DNA from: Candidatus Rokubacteria bacterium GWA2_73_35
GTDB taxonomy: Bacteria; Methylomirabilota; Methylomirabilia; Rokubacteriales; CSP1-6
DNA length: 38,351 nucleotides
Direction: 5' to 3'
Assembly (NCBI GenBank): GCA_001790205.1
Contig: MGBU01000059.1
Span: forward strand, 1 to 38,351
A program made the translations under genes and the position numbers. Within the stretch, counting starts at the first letter, position 1; every line of letters begins with the position of its first letter. The notes under the pieces are model-generated. The model did not search any database. It worked only from the letters and a program-made list of their open reading frames with translations, and was not told the origin of the DNA. Positions 21,572-32,226 of the stretch are shown here, piece after piece.

Positions 21572-22933
21572 ATGCTTCTGGCCGTCATGAGACCGCTCAT
21601 CCTGGGTGCGGCGCTGGTCGTGGCCGCCCTGGCCGTCCGGATCCCCACCGTGTCCGCCCAGCAGCAACCCGCCGCCCCCGGGCCCGTGTCCGCGCCGCCC
21701 TCCGTGGTCGGCCGCGTGCTCACGCTCGAGGAGGCGATCGCGATCGCGCTCGAGACCCAGCCGCAGATCCAGGCGCGGCTCTCGGACTACGCCGCCGCCC
21801 AGTTCCGGGTGGACCAGGCCCTGGCGCCCCTCCTGCCCCAGATCAGCGGCTCCTGGACCGGGGCGCGGGCCCAGAACGTCGTCGGCTCGCCCGGCACGGG
21901 CTCGACCGGCACGGAGATCACGCGCACGCGCACTTTCTGGACGGACACGACGCTGGCCCGGGTCAGCGGCTCCCAGCTCCTGTTCGACTTCGGCAAGACC
22001 TTCGCGGCAACCGACGTGGCCAGGAAGAACGCCGAGGTGACGCTCGAGGACGTCGAGCTGCAGCGCCAGCTCGTGACGCTGGCGGTCAAGGAGGCCTACA
22101 CCAACATCAATTTCGCCGGGCGGCTCATCAAGGTCCAGCTCCAGGCCCTCGAGCGGGCCGAGCTGAACCTCAAGTCGGCGCGCGGGTTCTTCGAGGTCGG
22201 CACGCGGCCCAAGTCCGACGTGACGCGGGCGGAGGTGGACGTCGCCAACGCGCGGCTCGGGGTGATCCAGGCGCGGAACGCCGAGCGGGTCGCCCGGGTC
22301 GCCCTCAACACGGCGATGGGGATCGCCGCCGACACCCCGACCCAGATCAGGGACAACCTCGTCTACCAGCAGGCGGAATTCGACCGCCGCCAGCTCCTCC
22401 CGGAGGCCCTCGGCCGCCGGCCGGAGTACAAGCAGGACCAGCTCCGCGTCGACGCCGCCGAGGCGTTCGTCCGGCAGACGTTCCGGAACTTCCTGCCCGA
22501 CATCACGGCGGGCGGCTTCTACGGGGCCCAGCGGGCCGACATGAACGAGGTGTGGGAGCTCAACATCGGCCTCACGTGGTCCATCTTCGACGGCGGCAAC
22601 CGGATCGCCCGCTACCGAGAGGCGAAGGCCTCGGTCGAGGCGGCGCGGTCGCGGGTGAAGGCGCGGGAGCTCGACATCTCCCGGGAGGTCGAGCAGGCCC
22701 AGCTGACGCTCGCCGAGACCGAGGAGCGCATCCAGGCCGCCCAGGCGGCCGTGGCCTCGGCCCAGGAGAACTTCCGCCTCGCCCAGGGGCGATTCGACGC
22801 CGGCGTCGGCACGATCCTCGAGCTCACCGACGCCCAATTGGCCCTCACCCAGGCGCAGAACACCGAGGCCCAGGCGCTTGCGGACAACCGGATCGCCGTG
22901 GCGCGGCTCGAGCGCGCCCTCGGTCGCCGCTGA
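21572..22933 (+). CDS. TolC-family outer membrane efflux protein
   Basis: I chose the ATG at 21572 (MLLAVMRPLILGAALVVAALAVRIPTVSAQ, a signal peptide). The two-repeat coiled-coil/beta-barrel OMP pattern is typical of TolC/OprM-type proteins. Confidence 0.85.
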   Translation: MLLAVMRPLILGAALVVAALAVRIPTVSAQQQPAAPGPVSAPPSVVGRVLTLEEAIAIALETQPQIQARLSDYAAAQFRVDQALAPLLPQISGSWTGARAQNVVGSPGTGSTGTEITRTRTFWTDTTLARVSGSQLLFDFGKTFAATDVARKNAEVTLEDVELQRQLVTLAVKEAYTNINFAGRLIKVQLQALERAELNLKSARGFFEVGTRPKSDVTRAEVDVANARLGVIQARNAERVARVALNTAMGIAADTPTQIRDNLVYQQAEFDRRQLLPEALGRRPEYKQDQLRVDAAEAFVRQTFRNFLPDITAGGFYGAQRADMNEVWELNIGLTWSIFDGGNRIARYREAKASVEAARSRVKARELDISREVEQAQLTLAETEERIQAAQAAVASAQENFRLAQGRFDAGVGTILELTDAQLALTQAQNTEAQALADNRIAVARLERALGRR

Positions 22934-22975
22934 CGCCCGGTAAATAGCCGGATTCCCTCCACCGTCTCACCCATC

Positions 22976-24601
22976 ATGAAGCGGGCGCTGTCGCTCCTGG
23001 TCGTCGGCGTGCTCGCCGGCGCGGCGGTGTGGGGCTACCTCTACACGCAGAGCGGCGGCAGCGGTCCCCGCTACCGCCTGGCACGGGTCGAGCGCGGCCC
23101 CCTGACGGCCGCGGTCTCGGCCACGGGCAACCTGAACGCCGTCATCACCGTCCAGGTCGGCAGCCAGGTCTCCGGCCAGATCAAGGAGCTCCTGGCCGAC
23201 TTCAACTCCGTCGTCAAGAATGGCCAGGTCATCGCCCGGATCGACCAGGACATCTTCCGGGCGAAGGTCGACCAGGCGAGCGCGGAGCTCGACGCGGCCC
23301 GGGCGAGCGTGCTGAACCAGCAGGCGCAGGTCGAGCGGGCGCGGGCCGACGTCGAGAACGCCCGGGCCGCGCTCGCCGAGGCGAAGGCCCAGACGGCCAA
23401 GGCCCAGGTGACCGTGCTCGACGCCCGCCGCGACCGCGACCGCAAGGCCGAGCTCTTCGCACGGCAGCTCATCGCCCGGAGCGACATGGACAGCGCCCAG
23501 GCCAACCACGACTCGTCCGCCGCCCAGCTCGAATCGGTGCGCGCGCGCGAGCAGGCCCTCGCGTCCGCGATCAACTCCTCGCTGGCCCAGCTCCGCGTCG
23601 CCGACGCGGGGCTCGCGTCGGCCCGCGCCACGGTGGAGCAGCGGCGCGCCTCGCTCGAGCAGGCGCGTGTGGACCTCGATCGCACCACGATCCGCGCCCC
23701 GGTGGACGGCGTCGTCGTCTCGCGCCAGGTGGACGTGGGTCAGACCGTCGCCGCGAGCCTGCAGGCGCCGGTCCTCTTCACGATCGCCCAGGACCTGACC
23801 AAGATGCAGGTCGAGACGAGCGTGGACGAGGCCGACATCGGCCGGATCCGCCTCGACGACCGCGCCACGTTCACCGTGGACGCCTTCCCGGGCGAGACGT
23901 TCAGCGGGACCGTCGTCCAGATCCGCAAGGCCGCGCAGATCGTCCAGAACGTCGTCACCTACATCGTCGTGGTGGCCGTCGGCAACCCGAGCGGGCGCCT
24001 CCTGCCCGGCATGACGGCGAACGTCAAGCTCGTGGTCGCCGAGAAGCCGAGCGTGCTCAAGGTGCCGAACGCCGCGCTGCGCTTCCGTCCCGCCGGCGCG
24101 GAGACGCCCGCCGCCGGCGCGCCGCCCGCGGCTCCCGGCCGCGCGGGCGCTCCCCCCTCCACCGAGAGCACGCGCGAACGGCTCGTGCAGGGCCTCAAGC
24201 TCACCGAGGAGCAGCAGCGGCGGCTCGACCCCATCCTCCAGGACACGCGCCAGCAGCTCATGGAACTCCAGTCCCAGGGTCTGCCCGAGGCCGCGCGCCA
24301 CGCCCGGGCCCAGAAGATCCGCGAGGCCTCGCGCGCCCGGATCCGCGCGATCCTGACGGCGGAGCAGCAGGCGCGCTTCGACGAGAGCGCGGGCGGTGGC
24401 GGCGGCGGCGCGGCCGGGCGCGTCTTCGTGCTCGGCCCCGACGGCAAGCCCGCCGCGGTCACCGTGATGCTCGGGATCAGCGACGGCACGTCCACCGAAG
24501 TGGTGCGGGGCGGCCTGCGGGAGGGCCAGGAGGTCGTCGTGGGCGCGGCGGCGGGGGGCAGCGGTCGCCCGGCGGCCGGCGGGCCGCGCCTCCGGCTCTG
24601 A
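22976..24601 (+). CDS. HlyD/MacA-type periplasmic adaptor with a roughly 110-aa insertion
   Basis: N-terminal TM segment, then the lipoyl / alpha-hairpin / beta-barrel order typical of MacA-like adaptors. 541 aa. The insertion (about residues 372-481) carries two LTxxQ motifs. Confidence 0.85.
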   Translation: MKRALSLLVVGVLAGAAVWGYLYTQSGGSGPRYRLARVERGPLTAAVSATGNLNAVITVQVGSQVSGQIKELLADFNSVVKNGQVIARIDQDIFRAKVDQASAELDAARASVLNQQAQVERARADVENARAALAEAKAQTAKAQVTVLDARRDRDRKAELFARQLIARSDMDSAQANHDSSAAQLESVRAREQALASAINSSLAQLRVADAGLASARATVEQRRASLEQARVDLDRTTIRAPVDGVVVSRQVDVGQTVAASLQAPVLFTIAQDLTKMQVETSVDEADIGRIRLDDRATFTVDAFPGETFSGTVVQIRKAAQIVQNVVTYIVVVAVGNPSGRLLPGMTANVKLVVAEKPSVLKVPNAALRFRPAGAETPAAGAPPAAPGRAGAPPSTESTRERLVQGLKLTEEQQRRLDPILQDTRQQLMELQSQGLPEAARHARAQKIREASRARIRAILTAEQQARFDESAGGGGGGAAGRVFVLGPDGKPAAVTVMLGISDGTSTEVVRGGLREGQEVVVGAAAGGSGRPAAGGPRLRL

Positions 24602-24603
24602 GC

Positions 24604-25343
24604 GTGACCACGCCCATCATCGTCACCGAGGGGCTGACGAAGGACTACCACCTCGGGCCGCACACCGTCCACGCGCTGCGCGGGGTCTCGGTCACGATCG
24701 AGCGCGGCGAGTTCGCGGCCGTCATGGGGCCCTCGGGCTCGGGCAAGTCCACGTTCATGAACCTGCTCGGCGGCCTCGACACGCCGACGGCCGGGCGCTA
24801 CGTGCTCGACGGCGAGGACGTCGCCGGGCTGGGGTCGGACCGGCTCGCCCGCGTCCGGAACGCCAAGATCGGGTTCGTGTTCCAGCAGTTCAACCTGCTG
24901 CCGCGGACCAGCGCGCTCGAGAACGTCGCCCTGCCGCTCCTGTACGCGGGGCTCGGCGCCCGCGAGCGCCGGGCGCGCGCCCGCGCGCGCCTGGCCGACG
25001 TCGGCCTCGCCGACCGCGAGGACCACCACCCGAGCCAGCTCTCCGGAGGCCAGCAGCAGCGCGTCGCCATCGCGCGCGCCCTGGTCAACGACCCGTCCGT
25101 GATGCTGGCCGACGAGCCGACGGGCAACCTCGACACGCGCACGAGCGTCGAGCTGCTGGCGCTGCTGCAGCGGCTGAACGGGAGCGGTCTCACGATCGTG
25201 CTGGTCACCCACGAGCCCGACATCGCCGCGTACGCGGGCCGCGTGCTCACCTTCCGGGACGGCCGGCTGCGCGGCGACGAGCGCGTCCCCGCGCCGCGGG
25301 ACGCCCGCACGGCGCTCGAGGCGCTGCCCGAGGAGGCCCTGGC

Positions 25344-25347
<4 letters not shown>
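24604..25347 (+). CDS. ABC transporter ATP-binding protein (MacB/LolD type)
   Basis: GTG at 24604. Walker [10 protein letters not shown], signature LSGGQQQR, Walker B MLADEPT. 247 aa. Confidence 0.9.
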
Positions 25348-26576
<1,229 letters not shown>

Positions 26577-26592
26577 CCGCGCCGCCCGCAAC

Positions 26593-26721
26593 GGGCCCGG
26601 GGAAGGCGGCGCGCGCTCCTCGACCACGCGAGCTCCACCGCTTGTGCCCGGGACCACGGTTGGCGGCTCTGGTCACCCTGACAACACGGGTCTCGGAGCA
26701 CACGCCGCCTTCCCCGGGCCC
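26593..26721. repeat. Perfect 19-bp inverted repeats flanking 91 bp
   Basis: gggcccggggaaggcggcg (26593..26611) is the exact reverse complement of cgccgccttccccgggccc (26703..26721). It lies in the convergent gap between the permease and the acyl-CoA dehydrogenase. Confidence 0.8.
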
Positions 26722-26778
26722 GCCCCCGCGACGCGGCTCCCCCGGCGGCACGCCGCGATCGGCCGCGCCGCGGCCGCG

Positions 26779-27969
26779 TCAGTCCTTGGGGAGGCCGAGG
26801 ACGCGCTCGCCGAGGATGTTGCGGTTGATCTCGGACGTGCCCGCCGCGATCGTGTCGCCGCGCGAGCGCAGGAAGCGGAGCTGCCAGAAGCCGTCGTCGA
26901 CCGCCCGCGCGCTCCCCTGCGTCAGCATCGCGTGCGGGCCCTCGATCTCGAGCATCAGCTCGAGCACGCGCTGGACGGCCTCGCTCCAGAACAGCTTCGC
27001 CGCCGAGCCCTCCGGCCCGGGCGGCTCGCCGCGGAGCATCCGCGTGAGCGCACGCAGGTTCGAGAACCGGAGCGCCTCGCCGTCGATCACGAGCTGGGCG
27101 AGGCGCTGGCGGATCACGGGGTCGGCCGCGGCGGGCGCGCCGCCGCGCTCGGTGCGCCGGGCCATCTCCAGCGCGGCGTCGATCGCGTGGCGCAGGTGGA
27201 GCTGCCGGGAGATCGTCCGCGGGCCGCGCTCGAACATCAGGGTCGTGATCGCGACCTCCCAGCCCCCGTTCACCCGCCCGACGACGTTCTCCACCGGCAC
27301 CCGCACCCCGTCGAAGAACATCTCGTTGAACTCGGGCTCACCGCTGATCTGCCTGAGCGGCCGCACCGTGACGCCGGGGGCGTGCATGTCCACGAGGAGG
27401 AACGTGAGCCCCTTGTGCTTCGGCGCGGCGGGGTCGGTCCGGGCGAGCAGGATGCACCACTCCGCGTACTGGGCGTACGTCGTCCACACCTTCTGGCCGC
27501 TGACGACGAAGTGGTCGCCGTCGCGCACGGCGCGCGTCGCGAGCGCGGCCAGGTCCGAGCCCGCGTCGGGCTCGGAGAAGCCCTGGCAGAAGATCTCCTC
27601 CGCCGAGAGGATCTTCGCCAGGTGCGCCCGCTTCTGGGCGTCGGTGCCGTGGGCGATGAGGGCCGGGCCCGCCATGTCGAGGCCGATCACGTTCGGCAGC
27701 TCGGGGGCGCGCGCGCGGGCCGTCTCCTCGTAGAAGATCGCCTGCTGCATGATCGTCGCGCCCCGCCCGCCGTACTCGCGCGGCCACGAGAGCCCCACCC
27801 AGCCGGCGTCCGAGAGGCGGCGCTGCCACCGCCGCAGGAAGGCGAACTGCTCGTCCTGCGAGCGGAAGCGGCTCCGGACGCGGGCCCAGTCCTCCGGCCA
27901 GTTGGCGCGGAGCCATGCCCGCAGCTCGTCGCGGAAGGTGCGGTCCCCGGCGCTCACCTCGAAGTCCAT
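26779..27969 (-). CDS. Acyl-CoA dehydrogenase family protein
   Basis: 396 aa with FCQGFSEPDAGSDLAAL, GQKVWTT and C-terminal GTSEINRNILGERVLGLP, all typical ACAD motifs. Confidence 0.9.
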   Translation of the reverse strand: MDFEVSAGDRTFRDELRAWLRANWPEDWARVRSRFRSQDEQFAFLRRWQRRLSDAGWVGLSWPREYGGRGATIMQQAIFYEETARARAPELPNVIGLDMAGPALIAHGTDAQKRAHLAKILSAEEIFCQGFSEPDAGSDLAALATRAVRDGDHFVVSGQKVWTTYAQYAEWCILLARTDPAAPKHKGLTFLLVDMHAPGVTVRPLRQISGEPEFNEMFFDGVRVPVENVVGRVNGGWEVAITTLMFERGPRTISRQLHLRHAIDAALEMARRTERGGAPAAADPVIRQRLAQLVIDGEALRFSNLRALTRMLRGEPPGPEGSAAKLFWSEAVQRVLELMLEIEGPHAMLTQGSARAVDDGFWQLRFLRSRGDTIAAGTSEINRNILGERVLGLPKD

Positions 27970-28005
27970 GGGGGCTCTCCTCCGATCTGCTATGTTCTAG
28001 CGGCG

Positions 28006-28485
28006 ATGGCCCGGGCCCGTCCACCGAAATCGCGCCGCGCGCGGCCGGCCGCCCCGCGCGCCGCGGGCCGTGCGCGCGGCGCGCGCCCCGCCCCCGCCGA
28101 GCGGCGCCTCCTCGAGCTCGCGCGGGAGCTCGGCGCGCTCGGGCGCGACGCGCGGGCTGGCGCCGACGCGCTCCGCGCGGCCCTCGAGCGCCTCGCGGGC
28201 GCGTACGCCCCGGGCGCGCCGCTGGCCGCCGACCTCCACCGCGCCTGGCTCGACAGCCGGGGCGACAAGACCGCTGCGCTCGCGCTCGCGTGGGCGCGGG
28301 AACAGGTGCGCCTGGCGCTCGAGGAGCTGGTCGCGCTGGCGCCGCAGGAGGCGCGGCGGCGCGTGGACGCGCCGCCCGACGCGGTGGCATGGCTGCTGCT
28401 GGCCGCCTGCGAGGCGATCGGATGCGAGCCGCCGGCGGCCGCGGCGGACCGCACGCGCACGCTCCTCGAGCTCACCGGCCGCTGA
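28006..28485 (+). CDS. Hypothetical protein (159 aa)
   Basis: This is the only part of the 613-aa track ORF that is not antisense to the ACAD gene. It starts at an ATG with a basic N-terminus followed by an Ala/Leu-rich helical region. No motif recognised. Confidence 0.3.
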   Translation: MARARPPKSRRARPAAPRAAGRARGARPAPAERRLLELARELGALGRDARAGADALRAALERLAGAYAPGAPLAADLHRAWLDSRGDKTAALALAWAREQVRLALEELVALAPQEARRRVDAPPDAVAWLLLAACEAIGCEPPAAAADRTRTLLELTGR

Positions 28486-29359
28486 GCGGGGCGAGGAAGC
28501 GCAGGAGCAGCGCGTTGACGCGCGCCGGCGCCTCCTGCTGGACCCAGTGGCTCACGCCCGGCAGCCGTACCAGGCGGAACGGCCCGCCGAAGTGCCGCCG
28601 CATCCCCCCGAGAAGCGCCGGACCGAGGAAGTGGTCGGCCGTCCCCCAGATCACGAGCGTCGGCGCCGCGATCGGCGGGTAGCGCCGCCCCGCCTGCGGG
28701 CGACGGAACATCGCGCGATACCAGTTGAGGGCGCCCGTGAGCGCGCCCGGCTTGGCGAACGCCTCGACGTACCGGACCACGTCGCGCCGCGTGAACGTGC
28801 CGGGCCGCGCGTGGTCCCAGGCGAGGCGCCGGAGCAGGCGGAACTCCCGGGCGGCGAGCAGCGCCTCGGGCGCGTCCGGAAGCTGGAAGAAGAACATGTA
28901 CCACGATCTCCGGAGCTGCTCGAGGTCGCCGCCCCAGATCGCGCGCGCGAACGCCGCCGGGTGGGGGCAGTTCAGCACCGCGAGCCGCGCCACCAGCTCC
29001 GGCCGGAGCATCGCCATGGCGTAGGCGACGGCGCCGCCCCAGTCGTGGCCGACGATCGCCGCGGGCCCCGCGCCCAGCGCGCGCACGAGCCCCGCGACGT
29101 CCTCGACGAGCTCGGTCATCCGATACGCCGGGACGCCCGGGGGCTTGTCGGAGTCGTTGTAGCCGCGCAGGTCGGGCGCCACGACGCGGAAGCCGGCCGC
29201 GGCGAGCGCCGGGATCTGGTGGCGCCACGAGTACCAGAACTCCGGGAAGCCGTGGAGCAGCACGACGAGCGGGCCCTGCCCCGCCACGACCGCGTGCAGG
29301 CGGACGCCGTTCGTGCCCACGAAGCGGTGCTCGAGGGGGGCCCGGGGCGCGCGCCTCAC
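28472..29359 (-). CDS. Alpha/beta hydrolase, epoxide-hydrolase-like
   Basis: HGFPEFWYSWRHQ and the nucleophile motif GHDWGG. The GTG at 29359 overlaps the TGA of the upstream LLM gene (GTGA). 295 aa. Confidence 0.85.
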   Translation of the reverse strand: MRRAPRAPLEHRFVGTNGVRLHAVVAGQGPLVVLLHGFPEFWYSWRHQIPALAAAGFRVVAPDLRGYNDSDKPPGVPAYRMTELVEDVAGLVRALGAGPAAIVGHDWGGAVAYAMAMLRPELVARLAVLNCPHPAAFARAIWGGDLEQLRRSWYMFFFQLPDAPEALLAAREFRLLRRLAWDHARPGTFTRRDVVRYVEAFAKPGALTGALNWYRAMFRRPQAGRRYPPIAAPTLVIWGTADHFLGPALLGGMRRHFGGPFRLVRLPGVSHWVQQEAPARVNALLLRFLAPLSGR

Positions 29360-30279
29360 ACCCACGGCAGCACCCGCGCGGCGAACGTCTCGAGCATGGC
29401 CGTCTCGGGGAAGTCGGCGAAGCCCAGCATCAGGTCCGTCGCGCCGGCCTTCGCGTACGCCGCGATCCGCTCGACGACCGCCTCGGGGGGCCCGGCGAGC
29501 ACGCTCCCGAGCAGCGGATGCTCGGCGCCGATCCCGCGCGTCGCGCGGAAGCGGGCGAGTGCGGCGGCCGCCGCGCGCGGGGTGCGCCCGAGGACCACGT
29601 CCACCTCGACGGAGCGCCGCACGTCGCCGGGCGCGCGCCCGTAGCCATCGAGCAGCGCGTCGAGCGCGTGGCAGCGGGCGGCGAGCGGCTCCGGCGCCAC
29701 GTACGACGCCTCCCAACCGTCGGCGAGTCGCGCGGCCAGGGCGAGAGCGGCCGGCCCCATCGCCGACACCCACACGGGGGGCCCCGGGCGCTGGACGGGC
29801 GGCGGGGCGAGCCGCGCCCCGCGCAGCGGGCCGAAGGCGCCGTCGTGGTCCACGGCCTCGCCGCGCCAGAGCGCCCGCACGATCCCGATCGCCGCCTCGA
29901 GCCGGACAAGCCGCGTGCGCGCGCCGGGATACTCGATGCCGTGGCACGTCCACCCGGCGGCGGTCGCGGCGTCCCCGGCGCCCACGCCGAGCCGCAGGTC
30001 GAGGCGGCCACCCGAGAGGTGGTCCACCGCGACGGCGCGCTTGGCGAGCCACGCCGGGTGGTGCGCGGCGCGGTCGAAGGCGTAGGTCACAGCCGGGCCG
30101 ATCCGCGCGCGCCCCGTCAGGACCGCGAGGGCCCCGAGCAGCGTGAAGCCGTCGTGCGTGAAGCCGAAGAGGCCGTCCCCGTACGTGATGCGCGCGTAGC
30201 CGAGCGCGTCCGCCGCGCGCCAGTAGCGGGCGAGGGCACGCACGTCGGTGGACCACGTCTGGACGCCGATCGCGATCAC
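29356..30279 (-). CDS. Luciferase-like (LLM class, probably F420/flavin-dependent) oxidoreductase
   Basis: GTG at 30279 gives (M)IAIGVQTW. TIM-barrel LLM pattern with LSGGRLDLRLGVG. 307 aa. The start is uncertain because no clear SD is present. Confidence 0.75.
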   Translation of the reverse strand: MIAIGVQTWSTDVRALARYWRAADALGYARITYGDGLFGFTHDGFTLLGALAVLTGRARIGPAVTYAFDRAAHHPAWLAKRAVAVDHLSGGRLDLRLGVGAGDAATAAGWTCHGIEYPGARTRLVRLEAAIGIVRALWRGEAVDHDGAFGPLRGARLAPPPVQRPGPPVWVSAMGPAALALAARLADGWEASYVAPEPLAARCHALDALLDGYGRAPGDVRRSVEVDVVLGRTPRAAAAALARFRATRGIGAEHPLLGSVLAGPPEAVVERIAAYAKAGATDLMLGFADFPETAMLETFAARVLPWV

Positions 30280-30296
30280 GCGAGGAGCATACCCGA

Positions 30297-30325
30297 TTGA
30301 CGCCTCCGGCGCCCCGGGGTAGAGT
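30297..30325 (+). promoter_or_regulatory. Sigma70-type promoter for the gene at 30334, leaderless or nearly so
   Basis: TTGACG (30297-30302), an exact 17-nt spacer, then TAGAGT (30320-30325). The ATG lies 8 nt after the -10 hexamer and no SD is present. Confidence 0.5.
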
Positions 30326-30333
30326 GCCCGGCG

Positions 30334-31068
30334 ATGCGCCCCGCGCTGCTCGCCGTGATCCTCCTCGCGCTCCTGGTACCGCCGGCCCGGGGCGAGACGC
30401 CGGTCGAGGCGGCGCGGGCCCTCGTCGCGCGCTACCACGAGGACCGCGCGGTGCTCGACCGGGCGCGCGACGTGCTCGAGGCGGCCCTCCAGCGGGAGCG
30501 CCAGGTCGAGACGCTCGTCGCGCTCTCCTACGTGTACTTCCTCCAGGGCGACGTCCGCGCGACCACCACGGAGGCGAAGCTCGCCGCCTACGACCGGGGC
30601 CGCGAGCTCGGGCGGCGGGCCATCGAGCTGGCGCCGAAGAGCCACGACGCCCACCTCTGGTACGCGATCAACACGGGCCGCTGGGGCCAGACGAAGGGCG
30701 TGCTCCGCTCCCTCTTCCTGCTGCCGACCGTGCGCGAGGAGATCGACGTCCTGCTCGAGCTGGACCCGCGCTCCGTGCGGGCCCACGCGTTCGCCGGCAA
30801 CGTCTTCCTGGAGGTGCCCCGCCTGTTCGGCGGCGACCGCGAGAAGGCCGCGGGCCACTTCAAGAAGGCGATCGAGCTCGACCCGCGCTTCACGGTGGCC
30901 CGCGTGGACCTCGCCCGCCTCCACATCGCCGAAGGCCGCTGGGCCGACGCCCGCCGCGAGCTCGAGCGCGTCGTCGCCGAGCGCGCGCCGAGGGTCGTCG
31001 CGGACTGGACCGTCAAGGACCTGCCACGCGCCCGCACGCTGCTCGAGTCCATCGCCGACAAGAAGTAG
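30334..31068 (+). CDS. Secreted TPR-like protein (TatT-like family)
   Basis: Signal peptide MRPALLAVILLALLVPPARG. Helical-repeat sequence with the pattern WYAINTGRWGQ..LELDP..FGGDREKAAGHFKKAIELDP. The family call is from memory. Confidence 0.45.
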   Translation: MRPALLAVILLALLVPPARGETPVEAARALVARYHEDRAVLDRARDVLEAALQRERQVETLVALSYVYFLQGDVRATTTEAKLAAYDRGRELGRRAIELAPKSHDAHLWYAINTGRWGQTKGVLRSLFLLPTVREEIDVLLELDPRSVRAHAFAGNVFLEVPRLFGGDREKAAGHFKKAIELDPRFTVARVDLARLHIAEGRWADARRELERVVAERAPRVVADWTVKDLPRARTLLESIADKK

Positions 31069-31079
31069 CGATCGGCGAG

Positions 31080-31712
31080 GTGCTGCGCCGGCTCCGCCGG
31101 ACGGCGCCGCGCTGGAACCCCACGGCGCTCGCCGTGATCGCCGAGGGCACGCGCGACCCGTTCCGCGTCCTCGTCGCCTGCATCCTGTCGCTGCGCACCC
31201 AGGACACGACCACGGGGCCCGCCTCCGCGCGCCTCTTCGCCGTCGCCGACACGCCCGCGGCGATGCGCCGCCTGGCGCCGCGGGCGATCGAGCGCCTCAT
31301 CTACCCGGTCGGGTTCTACCGGACCAAGGCCCGCGTCATCCTCGGCCTGTGCCGTGACCTGCTCGCGCGCTGGGCCGGGCGCGTGCCCGACGACCTCGAC
31401 GAGCTGCTGACGCTCAAGGGCGTCGGCCGGAAGACCGCGAACCTGGTCGTCACGATGGGCTACGGCAAGCCGGGCATCTGCGTGGACACGCACGTCCACC
31501 GCATCTCCAACCGGCTCGGGTACGTGCGGACGCCGAGCCCGGACGCGACGGAGACGGCCCTCCGCGCCAAGCTCCCGCGGCGCCACTGGATCGGCTACAA
31601 CGACCTCCTGGTCGCGTTCGGCCAGAACGTCTGCACCCCGATCTCGCCGCGCTGCTCGGCCTGTCCGGTGCGCGGCCTCTGCCGTCGCGTCGGCGTCACG
31701 ACCTCGCGCTAG
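31080..31712 (+). CDS. nth: Endonuclease III
   Basis: HhH-GPD motif LKGVGRKTANLVV, catalytic DTHVHRISNRLG, and the 4Fe-4S ligands CTPISPRCSACPVRGLC. GTG start. Confidence 0.9.
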   Translation: MLRRLRRTAPRWNPTALAVIAEGTRDPFRVLVACILSLRTQDTTTGPASARLFAVADTPAAMRRLAPRAIERLIYPVGFYRTKARVILGLCRDLLARWAGRVPDDLDELLTLKGVGRKTANLVVTMGYGKPGICVDTHVHRISNRLGYVRTPSPDATETALRAKLPRRHWIGYNDLLVAFGQNVCTPISPRCSACPVRGLCRRVGVTTSR

Positions 31713-32202
31713 TCGCGGAGCCTCCCGGGTCCGTCCCCGGCGGCGAGCCGAGGGGGCCGACCAGCTCGCCGAGGCGCGCGGTCCGGTAGTCCCAGAGCGC
31801 GCGCAGCACGCGCCGGACGAGGAGCCCGTGCGCCGCGCGGCCGAGCGGGCCGAGCGGCAGCCGGTACGTCACCCGGTCCTCCACCCACGTGCCGCCGGCC
31901 TCCTCCAGGAAGCGGTGGCGATGCTCCCAGCGCGCCCACGGCCCGCGCACCTGGACGTCGACGAAGCGGTACGGCGGATCCCACTCGCGGATGAACGCGC
32001 GCCACCGCACGGGCAGGCCGCGCCACGCCAGCCGGAGGTCGAGCACGGCGCCCGCGGCGAGCGCCGCCGGCGCGGACACGATCTCGAGGCGGTAGGCGGG
32101 CGGGGTGAGGCGGACGAGCGTCCCGGGATCGGCGAAGCACGCGAACACCTCGGCGCGCGCCCTCGCGAGCCACACGCGCGACTCGAGGATGTGATCGGCC
32201 AT
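31696..32202 (-). CDS. SRPBCC (cyclase/dehydrase-like) domain protein
   Basis: The ATG at 32202 gives MADHILESRVWLARARAEVFACFADP. 168 aa. The 3' ends of this gene and nth overlap convergently by 17 bp. Confidence 0.7.
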   Translation of the reverse strand: MADHILESRVWLARARAEVFACFADPGTLVRLTPPAYRLEIVSAPAALAAGAVLDLRLAWRGLPVRWRAFIREWDPPYRFVDVQVRGPWARWEHRHRFLEEAGGTWVEDRVTYRLPLGPLGRAAHGLLVRRVLRALWDYRTARLGELVGPLGSPPGTDPGGSATSARS

Positions 32203-32226
32203 GGCGCGCGGCCTTATGATAGGCGG

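Noticed and set aside
26644-28005. Upstream 454 aa of the 613-aa plus-strand ORF
   Set aside because: It is antisense to a well-supported acyl-CoA dehydrogenase. Only the distal 159 aa lie outside that gene, and they were kept as a low-confidence CDS.
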